Assembly: GCA_009914755.4 (NCBI GenBank)
Contig: CP068257.2
Coordinates: 44,160,001 to 44,224,000 of the forward strand
Direction of reading: 5' to 3'
From: the human T2T-CHM13v2.0 reference genome, Homo sapiens
Length of the DNA stretch: 64,000 nt
Of the stretch, positions 1 to 13,792 are shown piece after piece. Position 1 is the stretch's first letter. Every line of letters starts with the position of its first letter. The position numbers and the translations under genes are program-made. The notes beneath the pieces were generated by a model. That model was not told where the DNA came from and did not search any database. It saw only the letters and a program-made list of their open reading frames with translations.

Positions 1-40
1 CGACTGAGTGAGACTCCGTCTCAAAAAAAAAGAAAAAGAA
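1..40 (+). mobile_element. 3' end of an Alu SINE (…gagactccgtctcaaaaaaaa) truncated by the window edge
   Basis: Canonical Alu 3' terminus 'gagactccgtctc' followed by an A-rich tail at the first bases of the window. Confidence 0.8.
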
Positions 41-824
41 TAGTCTCTCAGGGGATCCAGTGGGGAAGCAGAGACCGGTGAGGAGGCTTCACCTGGACCC
101 AGGTGAGAGGTGGTCCCGAGGACGTCATGAGAGGGTCAGATTCAGGATCCGTTTTGAAGGTAGGACCTTCAAACAGAGTGGAGGAAGTACTTGTGGGACA
201 GGGGAGGTGAGGTGACTGCGGGGCTCTAGGCCCGATTAGCAGGAAGGACGAAGTTGTGTCCAGCACTTGCATCGAGGGCAGCCAAGGTGGGACGCCGTGC
301 CATTCAGGCAGAGCAGTGAGCACACAGTTGGATAGAGAGACCCAGGAGAGGTGGACTTGTGCCTGTGGACTTGTGCCTGATTGGTCCCTCCATGATGTTT
401 TATGCCGGAAATGGCATGGGTCATCCGGGGGCGTCTGTGGAGAGAAGAGGAGCAAGGACCCAGGCCTGGGGCGCCCCTGCCTTGGCAGGCTGGGATGCAG
501 TGGAGGAACAAGCAGAGTCTGAGCCTAAGTGGCCAGCGAGGGACCCAGGAGACGCAAAAGCTGAGGGCAGTGCCTCATCAGGAGAGGAGAGATAGTCTCA
601 ATCCTGTGGACAGGTGGGGTAAGGGGAGAGCCAGGAATGAGCCACCAGAGCTCACACAGGTCCTTGGGGGTCTTGAGCAGTTTTAGACTTGGCGGGCAAC
701 AAAAGCAAAAGTGGGGTGCTCTGGAGAGGGAGAAGGACAGCAGAGGGGCTGGGGCAGCAAGGTGGAGTTTTGAAGAGTTTTACTACAAAGGAAAAGAGAG
801 TAGTAGGGGGAAGGAAGCCAGTTT

Positions 825-1030
825 TGAGAGTGGAAGAAACAGTAGGTTGTTTCTGTGTAGGTCACAGCAACCAGCAGAGCTCTCACAAGGGCAGGAGAAC
901 CACTGGGGCAGCCTTGGGATGCCCAGGATGGGGGTGGGCTCAGTAGAGGGGCTGGCTGGCCCACCGAGGCCAGCATCTTGCAGTGGCGAAGGTGCAGAGA
1001 TGGTGGGGTCCATCCCAGGAAGCCCCTCAC
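825..1030 (+). repeat. Copy A of a ~205-bp low-copy direct repeat (partner at 2085-2290)
   Basis: Read directly. The sequence 'gaaacagtag(g/c)ttgt(t/c)tctgtg(t/c)aggt(c/g)(a/g)cagcaacc(a/c)gcagagct…ggggcagccttgggatgcc…ggctggcccaccgaggccagc…gaagcccctc' recurs with ~85% identity. The track ORFs 637..1122 and 2070..2306 share the peptide ESGRNS.L.LCR.QQPAEL.QGQEN.WGSLGMP, which reflects this repeat. Confidence 0.8.
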
Positions 1031-2084
1031 AACAAGGCTGTGTTGGTCGTCAGCCCAGCGTGGGAAGGGGGAGTTTTGAAGACAGGAATCGGTATGAGAT
1101 ATGCATATTTATATGTTTTTGATGTACGATAAAAGGCAGTTTCATATGGGTCAGTGTAAGGTTTGTGCGGTAGAATTTGGAAGGCTGGGAGCATGGCCAG
1201 CCCAGGGAGTGAGTGTGGTCACTGGTGTGTGTGGCCTGCCTGTGGTCTGGTCTGGTGTACACTGAGTCGTTTGTGTTCTCCAGTTGTGTGCAGCTCCAGA
1301 ATCTAGGCACGGAATTGACAGAGAGTGAGACTTTAATAGGGTGTGGCTTTTGTCAAGCAAGGACAAGGAACCAAGCGGGTAGCCAGACACAAAGGCAGAG
1401 AGGAGACGATGGTCTCGCGGCGTGATCTGGGCTAGGGAAGGAGAGAAGCTCGCGAGGGAGGTGTGCAACAGCCGGAAGGCAGGTGGCCGCCAACAACTTT
1501 CTTTTTCCAGTTGGTGGCAGTCATAAGTTAATTTCTGTCGAAGTAGAATACAACTAAGAAAAAATTTTAAAATACAACTACCTCTTCAGCTTAGAGAATA
1601 GTACTACTTGGTTTCCCTGGTAACTGCCAACCGCTTGACTGACTGCACAGCAAGTGTTAGGTCGTGGCACAGGGTAATTACAGACAACAGAGAAATTGCA
1701 GGGTAAGGCTTAAATAATCCTAAAGCAACTATGTAGTTAGGTCCTGCTCCTGAAAGCAAGGATGCAGTTCATTTCCAGCCCTGAGCTGCACTCAGGAGCT
1801 GGGCCTCATGCCCAGTCCCCATCCTTAGGGCAGTGCCCGCCCTCAGGCTGACAGCCTTTCCTTTCCTTGCTCCAGTCGCCTGGGTGTGAGTCCTGCTTCT
1901 CCCATTTTCTCTGTGCTGGGACCTCAAGGCAAGCCGACTGCAAGCCCACCTGGCCCAGGCCACTGCAGGGCCACCCTTCGCAGGGCCAGGCTGTGAAGCA
2001 GTTGGAGGCGAGGCCCGGGGCTCCAGGCTACTGTGTTGAGATTAATCTTACCAACTAGAACTTTAAAAATTGTGTTTCCAGCCT

Positions 2085-2290
2085 TTATTTGAAAGTGGGA
2101 GAAACAGTAGCTTGTCTCTGTGCAGGTGGCAGCAACCCGCAGAGCTGCGGCAAGGGCAAGAGAACCGCTGGGGCAGCCTTGGGATGCCAGGAGGGGCGGG
2201 CTCAGTGGAGGGTCTGGCTGGCCCACCGAGGCCAGCGTCTGGCAGTGATGAAGGTGCAGAGAAGGTGGGGGCCCTCCCAGGAAGCCCCTC
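2085..2290 (+). repeat. Copy B of the ~205-bp direct repeat (partner at 825-1030)
   Basis: Same alignment as above. The copies are in direct orientation ~1.26 kb apart. Confidence 0.8.
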
Positions 2291-4125
2291 TGGGATAAGA
2301 GGTTAGCTTATCTATTGTCTGTGGAAAGAAAACTTAAATAGAGTTTTCTTTTTTAAAAAAGACAGCACAAGTCAGTCTTCTGGTGATTGTAACAGGATGG
2401 TCACCTGAGAACAGTCATCTACTGACACCCTGAACCAGAATCTCCAGAAAAGACAGAAATTTTGAAACAGCAGCAACAACAGAAATTCATGATGTGCTGG
2501 GAGACAGGGATGACTGCAGTCAGAGGACCAGATGTCTTGATTGATTATTAAGAGAGAGAAACAGGCGATGTTTGTGGAATCACATCACCACAGAAGACAT
2601 GCAGACAGGCCTAATGCAGAGAAGAGTGGAAGTTAGGACGCTCAGCGCAGATTAATGGACTCAGGGAGTTGGAGAGGGCTGGCTGGCAGCACTTACTCAG
2701 AGGAGCAGAGCCAGGTATCCCCCTCAAACCCCCCGGCTTTGGGCCCAGGCAGTCAGAAGTTGTGTCGGGGCCAGCCACCAACTCCAGTGAGGGACAGGGA
2801 GCCACTTCCAGGAGATGAAACATTGTCACATGCAGTCCAAAGACACCCCTCCTTCTCCCTGCTGCAACACCCGAGGCTGACCAAAGTAGACAGGAACAGT
2901 ATCCAGGATGAGCAAACCAAGCCTCTCTAAAGCAAAACTGCCAACAAGCTGGGAACCACAGCACGCTGGAGGGAAACCAGCAGCAGGAGAAAGCAGCAGC
3001 AAGCACAGCAGAAAGAAGACGTGGGGCCGCCTTCCGGACGGAGACTCGGTCAGACACACGGCTCCTTCAAAGGGAGTGCCAAAGGCCTTGAAGAGTAGAC
3101 GGTCAAAGTGGCACAGCCAGGAAAGCAGGACTCACAGAATGGGCAGCATGAAGAGTTGCATAGCCACGGACTATTGAGAACGCAGACCCAGAACTGTTAC
3201 CGCACTCAGACGTCAAAAACCGAGAGCTATTCCCGAGCACAGACCGAGGACCAGCGAGTCCAGGACTCGCTGATGCAGAGCTCCAGGACTGACAGGCGGG
3301 GAGAGCGAGAGGAAAAGCTGAGGCCAAGCGCGATGCTGAGAAGCTCCATATTCTGTTTAACAGGAGTCTGAGGACCAGGAAAGAGAGAATATTGAGGGGA
3401 AGATAATGGAGACATCCTAGAAGATCGTCTCCCCGAGCACAGAGCGCATCACAGGACTGACCAGTATTGAGTGGGCGCGGGGAAAACATGGCTGCCAGGA
3501 CCTGTGAGGACCGAGTTTCAGATACTGTGGACAGCGGAGACTCCACAGGGGCTCTGCAGGAGGAGACGGGAGGCGATAGCCCCTGCAAAGCTCTGGCTGG
3601 TGATTGGCATCAGACTTCTCAATGAGAAACTGTACTCTAGATTTAATTAGAACAGTATCTTCAAAATACTCGGGAAAAATGATTTCAAACCTGGAATTGT
3701 AGACACAGACAGACTAGAATTCAAATTGAAGGGCAAAGGAAAAGTGTCTTCAGATAGTGAAGGACTCAGAGGTTACCAGCCTCATCCCTAATACCCTGAC
3801 AAAACTAAAAAAAAGACAACTATCTATGAAAGAAAACAAGTTTTGATTCCACAAATAATGGAGAGGAAAGCATCCAGTGTAACATGTACTAGTCTAAATC
3901 ACTGTTGGTGTATATTGGTATGCAAATTAAAATACTATTTGAAATAAAAATCTCAAGCATATGTATCTGTATAATGATGAGAAGGAGAAAAATGAAAGCT
4001 TACTAAACTTCAGGGTTTTTTTCAGGGGGAATTTATAGATGCTACTCACGCCCGTAGTATAGAAATGAAGGCTTAAATGGATTAATGATTTACAAGGAAC
4101 CATTGTAAATGATTTACAAGGAACC

Positions 4126-4303
4126 CTGGCTCTACAGAAAATTTACAAATTAGCTGGATGTAGTGGTGCGTGCATGTAGTCCCAGCTACTCCAGAGGCTG
4201 AGGTGGGATTATCGCTTGAGCCGAGGAGTTTGGGGCTATAGCAAGCCAAGACCGTGCCTCTGCACTCCAGCCCAGGTGACAGAATGAGACCCCACCTCTA
4301 AAA
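4126..4303 (+). mobile_element. 5'-truncated Alu (middle A-rich linker plus right arm), no long A-tail
   Basis: 'ctctacagaaaatttacaaattagctggatgtagtggtgcgtgc…gtcccagctactccagaggctgaggtgggattatcgcttgagcc…ctgcactccagcccaggtgacagaatgagacccc' matches the Alu right monomer. Confidence 0.8.
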
Positions 4304-4530
4304 TTAAGTAAATAGGAGCTCCCTGAGGAATAGGGACAGATGCATGACTTCACATCTTGAACAGGAAAATTTTCAGAACGAAGAAAACCTCATCAATTCA
4401 CCAAAAGGTGGAGTAGAATGGAAAACATTTGAAATCATAGAAAATATATAAGGCAAGACATTAATTCAAATATGAGGTTAGATTTCTCTATTAAAAGGCA
4501 GACCTCAGATTGTCTTAAAAATGACCCAGA

Positions 4531-4879
<349 letters not shown>

Positions 4880-5169
4880 CTAGAAAGCAGACCAGCAACG
4901 ACATTTTCGTGAAAAAGATGAAAGGCATTAAATGGGACAAAGATACTTCACGTTTATAATCCTCTAAGAAGATACGATCATTGTGAACTTTTATGTACAT
5001 AATTACATAGCTGTGAAATTTATGTAGAAAGAAATTCTAAGAATAAGAGATGGATTAATTCAGTACCATAATGGGAAATTTCAATTGACAAATCAAAGGG
5101 ACCAGAATGTCCGTATGTTTACGAGGAATTTGAATAGCATTCATAACCCACTCTCTTTTTGGAAGGGGA

Positions 5170-5250
5170 CACAGAGGACACTTGTCTTCTTCTTTTTCTT
5201 TTTTTTTTTTTCCCCTTTCCTTTCTTTTCTTTACCTTCTCTCTCTCTCTC
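5170..5250. repeat. Pyrimidine-rich simple repeat: poly-T, (CT)n and (TTTC)n-like
   Basis: 'tcttcttctttttctttttttttttttcccctttcctttcttttctttaccttctctctctctctcc'. Confidence 0.85.
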
Positions 5251-6999
5251 CAGGACCATTCACAAATATCTCTGCCATGTATTTGATTTTATAGAAAATC
5301 TTAATTTTCAAAAGCAGAAATCATAAAGTGCAGTAAAAGTGGAAAAAAACACAAAATGATAGCCAAAAGTAACCCAGGCGTCATTATATACTTGGGAATT
5401 TTGGAATGCCTTTAAATAAAGCATACTGATTAAAAAGTAATGAAAGTGAGAGAATGTTGCACGTCAAACATGAGGGATGCCACAAAAGCAATTCTCAGAA
5501 GAAAATGTCAGAAAACCAGAAACATTTACAATGAATGAACTGGCCATATGACTCTAAAGGTTAGAGAAAGACTTAAAACCAATTCAAGATAAAGTAGGAA
5601 AAATGAATGAAGATAAAATAGAGGTTAATACAGTAGAGCATGGAAACTTATTGCTTGGTGCAATAAATTCTGAAAAAGAATCAATAAAATACTTAAACTG
5701 TTAGCCACTTCGATCAAGAAAGAGAAGGTGTGAAACCTTAAAACTTGGGAAACAGGAAAATAGATACCACTGCAGGTAGGAAGCTGTTAACACTCTAAGA
5801 GACTGCTGTTTACAGCCTCTGTGCAAAGAAATTTGGAAATCTAAGTGAACAGTTTTCTACAAAGATGTAAATCAACGAAACTGCCTCAATGTATGTAATG
5901 AGTCTGAAAAGACCCGTAATTGTGAGAGTGATTGAAAACGCCAGTCAGAGGGCTGCACTCTCACACCACCTGACGATCCCCTCTGCAGGTGGGTTTCAGC
6001 ATGTCCCAAAGGGAGGGTCATGTGTGAGGTCTATAAACCATGCTGGTGTACAGAAACAACAAAACTTCTCCAAGTCATCTGATGAGCTCAGCAATATTGT
6101 CATGTAGAAATTGTGCAAGAATTGTTAAAAAAAAATCTATAGGTAACTGTACCCTCAGAAAACAGATGTGCAATCATAAGTAAAGTGTTAGAAAATTAAA
6201 TCCAACCTGCACTTAGTTTTAACTGTTTTTATTTTCATTTAGGAAGAGCTTTTTACAATTTGGTTTGGAGGTTTTGCTGTGTCTCCTGCCTCAGTTTCCT
6301 CTTTGGGATGCTGTTCACATGTGTTTGCACTTCCTTGTCTGTCTTCTGTATGTATCACTTCTCTTGAATTCTTTTCATTGCTTTTTTAAAAATTTTTTAA
6401 AGTTTCCATTTTTTGTCTGTTGTGTTTATTTGGTCTTTTTGTGTCTTCTAATTTCATCTTTATTTTTGAAATATTTTTCTTTCTATTCCCACATATTTTC
6501 TAGTTCTGTGACCTCAGTTGTTTAGTTTTTCTAATTCTGATTTGTATTTTTTCACCTTTTGCACCATTAATGCCTTTTAGGCAATTAAAAAATACTTGAT
6601 TATGGTTTTTGTCTTTTTTGTTAGCATGTTTTTATGGTGTGTTTATTGTCAGTAAAGATGTTATTTAGTTTCTTATTTTCTTTTGTCTTTTAAAAAACTT
6701 TGTATGGGGTTTGAATTGTGTGAAATTTGTTTCCCAAACCTCTTAGAATGGAAGCATGATTTATAATAGCATTTCTAATTACATAGCTCTTGAAGGCCCT
6801 CTTGTGTTATTTTTATATAAAGTTTAAATACGAGGGCTTAATCAATGAATTTGTAATGTGTCTGGGGACAGGCCATGGAGAATCAGCAGAGAATTAGGTG
6901 GTAATACTGGCTCAGTGCTCATGTTCTGATTTTGATCATTGCACTGTGGTTATCTGGATGTTGTTTTGGGGAAACACATGGTACAGTATTTGGGGTGAA

Positions 7000-9900
7000 A
7001 GAGCGTGGTGTATGGGCCTACAGAGATAGTAAATATGTGGATGGACAGATGTATGGATCCGTAGAGAAAGTGAATGTGAATGCTAGATGGATGGATGCAT
7101 GAATCCATAAAGAAAGTGAATGTGTGCATGGATGGATGAATGCATGGATGGACGAATGCATGGATCCACAGAGAGTGAATGCGTGGATGGACGAGTGCAT
7201 AGGTCCATAGAGAGAGTGAATGCATGGATGGACAAGTGCATGGATCCACAGAGAGTGAATGCATGGATAGTTGAGTGCGTGGATCTGTAGAGAGAGTGAA
7301 TGCATGGATGGACGAGTGCATGGATCCACAGAGAGTGAATGCATGGATAGACGAGTGCATGGATCCATAGAGAGAGTGTAATGCATGGATAGATGAGTGC
7401 ATGGATCCGTAGAGACTGAATGCATGGATGGACAGATGCATGGATCCATAGAGAGAGTGATTGTGTGCATGGATGGATGAATGCATGGATGGATGAATGC
7501 ATGAATCCACAGAGAGTGAATGCATGGATGGATAAGTGCATGGATCCATAGGGAGAGTGAATGCATAGATGGACGAGTGCATGGATCCACAGAGAGTGAA
7601 TGCATGGATGGACGAGTGCGTGGATCCATAGAGAGAGTGAATGCGTGGATAGACTGGATAGATGAGTGCATGGATCCATAGAGAGAGTGAATGCATGGAT
7701 AGACCAGTGCATGGATCCATAGAGAGAGTGAATGCATGGATGGACGAGTGCATGGATCCATAGAGTGAATGCATGGATGGACAAGTGCACAGATCCATAG
7801 AGGGAGTGAGTGCATGGATGGACGAATGCATGGATCCATAGGGAGAGTGAATGCATTGATAGATGAGTGCATGGATCCATAGAGTGAATGCATGGATGGA
7901 CAAGTGCACAGATCCATAGAGGGAGTGAGTGCATGGATGGACGAATGCATGGATCCATAGGGAGAGTGAATGCATTGATAGACGAGTGCATGGATCCATA
8001 GAGTGAATGCATGGATGGACAAGTGCATGGATCCATACAGAGTGAATGCATGGATGGACGAGTGCATGGATCCATAGAGAGAGTGAATGCATGGATGGAC
8101 GAGTGCATGGATCTGTAGAGAGAATGAATGCATGGATGGACGAGTTCATGGGTCCATAGAGTGAATGCTTGAATGGACAAGTGCATGGATCCATAGAGAG
8201 AGTGAATGCATGGATGGACGAGTGCATGGATCCGTAGACAGAGCGAATGCACGGATGGACAGATGCATGGATCCATAGAGTGATTGTGTGCATGGATGGA
8301 TGAATGCATGGATGGATGAATGCATGAATCCACAGAGAGTGAATGCATGGATGGATGAGTGCATGGATCCATAGAGAGAGTGAATACATGGATAGACTGG
8401 ATAGACGAGTGCATGGATCTACAGAGAGTGAATGCATGGATGGACGAGTGCATGGATCTGTAGAGAGAGTGAATGCATGGATGGATGAGTGCATGGATCC
8501 ATAGAGTGAGTGCATGGATGGACGAGTGCACAGATCCATAGAGAGAGTGAATGCATGGATGGACGAGTGCATGGATCCATAGAGAGAGTGAATGCATTGA
8601 TAGACGAGTGCATGGATCCGTAGAGAGAGTGAATGCATGGATGGACGAGTGCATGGATCCATAGAGTGAATACATGGATGGACGAGTGCATGGATCCATA
8701 GACAGAGTGAATGCATGGATGGACGAGTGCATGGATCTGTGGAGAGAGTGAATGCATGGATGGACAAGTTCATGGGTCCATAGAGTGAATGCTTGAATGG
8801 ACGAGTGCATGGATCCATAGAGAGAGTGAATGCATGGATAGATGAGTGCAAGGATCCATAGAGAGAGTGGATGCATGGATAGATGAGTGCATGGATCCAT
8901 AGAGACTGAATGCATGGATGGACAGATGCATGGATCCATAGAGAGAGTGATTGTGTGCATGAATGGATGAATGCATGGATGGATGAATGCATGAATCCAC
9001 AGAGAGTGAATGCATGGATGGATGAGTGCATGGATCCACAGAGAGTAAATGCATGGATAGACGAGTGCATGGATCCATAGAGACTGAATGTGTGGATGGA
9101 CAGATGCATGGATCCATAGAGAGAGTGATTGTGTGCATGGATGGATGAATGCATGAGTCCACAGAGAGTGAATGCATGGATGGATGAGTGCATGGATCCA
9201 TAGAGAGAGTGAATGCATGGATAGACTGGATAGACGAGTGCATGGATCCACAGAGAGTGAATGCATGGATGGATGAGTGCATGAATCTGTAGAGAGAATT
9301 AATGCATGGATGGATGAGAGCATGGATCCATAGAGAGTGAATGCATGGATGGACGAGTGCATGGATTCATAGAGAGAGTGAATGCATGGATAGACTGGAT
9401 AGACAAGCGCATGGATCCGTAGAGAGAGTGAATGCATGGATGGACGAGTGCATGGATCCGTAGAGAGAGCGAATGCATGGATGGATGAGTGCATGGATCC
9501 ATAGAGAGTGAATGCATGGATGGACGAGTGCATGGATCCATAGAGAGAGTGAATGCATGGATAGACTGGATAGACAAGTGCATGGATCTGTAGAGAGAGT
9601 GAATGCATGGATGGGCGAGTGCACGGATCCATAGAGTGAATGCATGGATGGACGAGTCATAGAGAGAATGAATGCATGCATGGAGGAATGCATGGATCTG
9701 TAGAGAGTGAATGCATACATGGATGAATGCATGGATCCATAGAGTGAATGCATGGATGGACGAGTGCATGGATCCATAGACAGAGTGAATGCATGGATGG
9801 ACGAGTGCATGGATCCTTAGAGAGAGTGAATGCATGGATGGCCAGATGCATGTATCCATAGAGAGTGAATGCATGGATGGACGAATGCATGGATCCATCA

Positions 9901-12165
9901 ACAGAGTGTACGGATGGATGAATGCATGGATCAATAGAGAGAGTGAATGTGTGAATGGATGAATGCATAGATTCATAGAGAGAATGAATGCATGCATGGA
10001 GGAATGCATGGATCTGTAGAGAGAGTGAATGCGTACATGGATGAATGCATGGATCCGTAGAGTGAATGTGTGAATGGATGAATGCATAGATTCATAGAGA
10101 GAATGAATGCATGCATGGAGGAATGCATGGATCTGTAGAGAGTGAATGCATACATGGATGAATGCATGGATCCATAGAGTGAATGCATGGATGGACGAGT
10201 GCATGGATCCATAGAGAGTGAATGCATGGATGGATGAGTGCATGGATCCATAGAGAGAGTGAATGCATGGATGGACGAGTGCATGGATCCATAGAGAGAG
10301 TGAATGCATTGATAGACGAGTGCATGGATCCGTAGAGAGAGTGAATGCATGGATGGATGACTGCATGGATCCATAGAGACTGAATGCATGGATGGACGAG
10401 TGCATGGATCCTTAGAGAGAGTGAATGCATGGATGGACAGATGCATGTATCCATAGAGAGTGAATGCAGGTATGGACAAATGCATGGATCCATCAACAGA
10501 GTGTATGGATGGATGAATGCATGGATCCATAGAGAGAGTGAATGGATGCATACATGGATGAATGCATGGATCTGTAGAGAGAGTGAATGCATGGATGGAT
10601 GAATGCATGGATCCATAGAGAGAGTGAATGGATGCATACATGGATGAATGCATGGATCTGTAGAGAGAGTGAATGCATGGATGGATGAATGCATGGATCT
10701 ATAGAGAGAGTGAATGGATGCGTACATGGATGAATGCATGGATCCATAGAGAGAGTGAATGGATGTGCATGTGGATGAATGCATGGATCCTTAGAGAGAG
10801 TGAATACGTGGATGGACAGATGCATGTATCCATAGAGAGTGAATGCATGGATGGACGAATGCATGGATCCATAGAGAGAGTGAATGCATGGATGGATGAG
10901 TGCATGGATCCATAGAGAGAGTGAATGGATGCCTACATGGATGAATGCATGGATCCATAGAGAGAGTGAATGGATGTGTACATGGATGAACGCATGGATC
11001 TGTAGAGAGAGTGAATGGATGCGTACATGGATGAATGCATGGATCCGTAGAGAGAGTGAATGGATGTGCATGTGGATGAATGCATGGATCCTTAGAGAGA
11101 GTGAATACGTGGATGGACAGATGCATGTATCCATAGAGAGTGAATGCATGGATGGACGAATGCATGGATCCATAGAGAGAGTGAATGCATGGATGGATGA
11201 ATGCATGGATCCATAGAGAGAGTGAATGGATGTGTACATGGATGAATGCATGGATCCATAGAGAGAGTGAATGGATGCGTACATGGATGAATGCATGGAT
11301 CCATAGAGTGAATGTATGCGTACATGGATGAATGCATGGATCCATAGAGAGAGTGAATGGATGTGTACATGGATGAATGCATGGATCCGTAGAGAGAGTG
11401 AATGGATGGGTACATGGATGAATGCATGGATCCGTAGAGAGAGTGAATGGATGCGTACATGGATGAATGCATGGATCTGTAGAGAGAGTGAATGCATGGA
11501 TGGATGAATGCATGGATCCATAGAGAGAGTGAATGGATGCGTACATGGATGAATGCATGGATCCATAGAGAGAGTGAATGGATGTGTACATGGATGAATG
11601 CATGGATCCATAGAGAGAGCGAATGGATGTGTACATGGATGAATGCATGGATCCATAGAGAGAGTGAATGGATGTGTACATGGATGAATGCATGGATCTG
11701 TAGAGAGAGTGAATGGATGTGTACATGGATGAATGCATGGATCCATAGAGAGAGTGAATGGATGTGTACATGGATGAATGCATGGATCTGTAGAGAGAGT
11801 GAATGCGTACATGGATGAATACATGGATCCGTAGAGAGAGTGAATGGATGTGTACATGGATGAATGCATGGATCTGTAGAGAGAGTGAATGCGTACATGG
11901 ATGAATGCATGGATCCATAGAGTGAATGGATGTGTACATGGATGAATGCATGGATCTGTAGAGAGAGTGAATGCGTACATGGATGAATGCATGGATCCAT
12001 AGAGAGAGTGAATGGATGTGTACATGGATGAATGCATGGATCTGTAGAGAGGGTGAATGCGTACATGGATGAATGCATGGATCCATAGAGAGAGTGAATG
12101 GATGTGTACATGGTTGAATGCGTGGATCTGTAGAGAGAGTGAAAGTGTGCATGGACGAATTCATG
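7000..12165. repeat. Compound minisatellite (VNTR-like), ~5.2 kb, ~120 units. A 41-bp unit family (GAATGCATGGATGGACGAGTGCATGGATCCATAGAGAGAGT) spans ~7000-10500 and a 45-bp unit family (GTGAATGGATGTGTACATGGATGAATGCATGGATCCATAGAGAGA) spans ~10500-12165
   Basis: Read directly. There is head-to-tail repetition with a GGATCC (BamHI) or GGATCT site in nearly every unit. Interspersed variant units carry a 'ggatagactggatagac' insertion or 'gcatgcatggaggaatgc'. The minus strand has no stop codons in any frame for kilobases, which produces the 747, 849, 514 and 457-aa artefact ORFs (MHSSIHAFTLSMDPCTRPS…). Confidence 0.95.
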
Positions 12166-13792
12166 ACACACAGATGGGCCGGAATATAAGTAATTGGATA
12201 AATGAGGTAAAGGATATGTAGATGTTCTTTTTAATGCTTGTACACTTTTTTCAAGGTTTGAAATTATATCACAATAACAAGTTGTCCGATGAGTACAGTA
12301 GTCCCCCTTTGTCCACAGTTTCACTTTCTGTGATTTCAGTCACCCATGGTACAGTATAGTGAGATATCTTGAGAGAGAGAGACCATATTTACATAACTTT
12401 TATTATGGCATATTGATAAAATTGTTCTGTTTTATTATTAATCTTCCTCTGTACCTAATTTATACATTAAAATTTATCATAGGACAGTTTATAACAGGGT
12501 TTGGTATAGTCCATGGTTCCAGGTAGCCACTGAGAGTCTTGGAACGTACCCCTCTTGGATAAGGGGGGAGGGCTGCAGAATGAATTCTTCAGCCTTCTCC
12601 TCAGAACAGATCTTCTGCAAGACTTTGGCAGATGATGCTGTGACCCCGGTGTCACAGGCCAGGTGGACGGCCAGGCCAAGGTATCCGTGCCTGGTCCTGA
12701 GGGGCCAGGCACGCGTCCACGGCAGGGCCACCCAGAGCCTGGGGTGCTGGGAACTGGGCTTTGTTTTAGTTTCTCAAATGCTTTTCTCAAACTGGAATTT
12801 TAATTACAACAAAATTAATGCCGCAGAATATGATTAAAAAATAATGAGCTGAGAACAAGCAGCCTCTTGAGGTGATGTCCCTGTGGCTGAGCCCAGGAGG
12901 CCTTGATGCGGGCAGAGGCTGTGCTAGCTTCACCAGGTTGGCACCGGGCTCTCCAATGCCTGGTTGCTGGTGGCTTGGACAGCTGTCGGGGAGGGTCCTC
13001 TCAGCTCCCGCGCCCTCTGCCCACAGCTTGTTCTCTCACTGTGAGAACCACCCAGTGATGGTTCTTGTGCTGTTCTCTCTTCATGAATCATGGCCTGGCT
13101 TCCGTGCAGCTGCCTTTTTGGAGGAGGCTGCAGGAGCACAGAGTAATGGCTGCAGGTGGGGCCTTCCAGAGGCACAGGCTGAGGGGCCAGGCAGCAGTTC
13201 CTCTCTTGCAGCTTTTTCTTGGGAGCACCGGGCCAAGCCAGAGGCTCCTGGCAGATCCACCCACAGAGACAGCAGGTCCAGGTCAGGGCTACCCCTCGCA
13301 CAGCCCAGCAGGATGTGGGAGCAAGCCTGTGCGCCCTGAGCCAGGCCTTCTGTGAAGTGCAGATGATGTCGCCTTTGTAGACAAAGGAAGAGACCTTGGA
13401 ACCTGAGGGTAAATGGAGAGGCTCTTTACCAGCACTGAACTCTGAGCCCAACTGGCTCCAAACAGGCGTGTTGTGGGCGTGTCCTGAGGTGTGTGCCTGA
13501 CCTGACCCTGAGGCCCCCTCCCTGCCATGCCTCTAACCCACCCAACACCACCAGCCTTGCTGGTGCCTCCTGCCCTGCCCTCTGCTCTCAGCTGCCTGCC
13601 CTGGTCACCTGCCACCCCTTCGTGCTGGGCCCTTGGGCCAAGCACCGCATGCAGCCTGGTGCACACCTGTGCCCTCCTGAGCCTGGGTGAGGTGGCCCTC
13701 CCACCTGGGCCATGTGCCTCACTATGCCTAGGCCACAGCCCGGGAGGGAGGATGTCTTTCCCTGACCTCGTTTGTGTGGCCCTGGTGCCCAA

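Noticed and set aside
7000-12165. Possible CRISPR-like array, suggested by the regular direct repeats
   Set aside because: There are no unique spacers between the repeats, and the repeats are not partially palindromic. The sequence context is human (Alu, L1). The array is a eukaryotic minisatellite.
7000-12165. Possible classical satellite II/III (GGAAT/CATTC-based) because the units are rich in GAATG and GGATG
   Set aside because: The periodicity is 41-45 bp with no underlying 5-bp sub-repeat, and the array is short and embedded in unique sequence. It is better described as a minisatellite than as pericentromeric satellite DNA.
6950-12324. Very long ORFs on the minus strand (747, 849, 514, 457 and 410 aa; MHSSIHAFTLSMDPCTRPS…)
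   Set aside because: They lie entirely within the 41/45-bp minisatellite. The reverse-complement unit happens to lack TAA, TAG and TGA in all frames, so any ATG opens a long frame. The peptide is a strict periodic low-complexity repeat, and there is no flanking unique coding sequence, splice signal or start context. I reject them as repeat artefacts, not genes.
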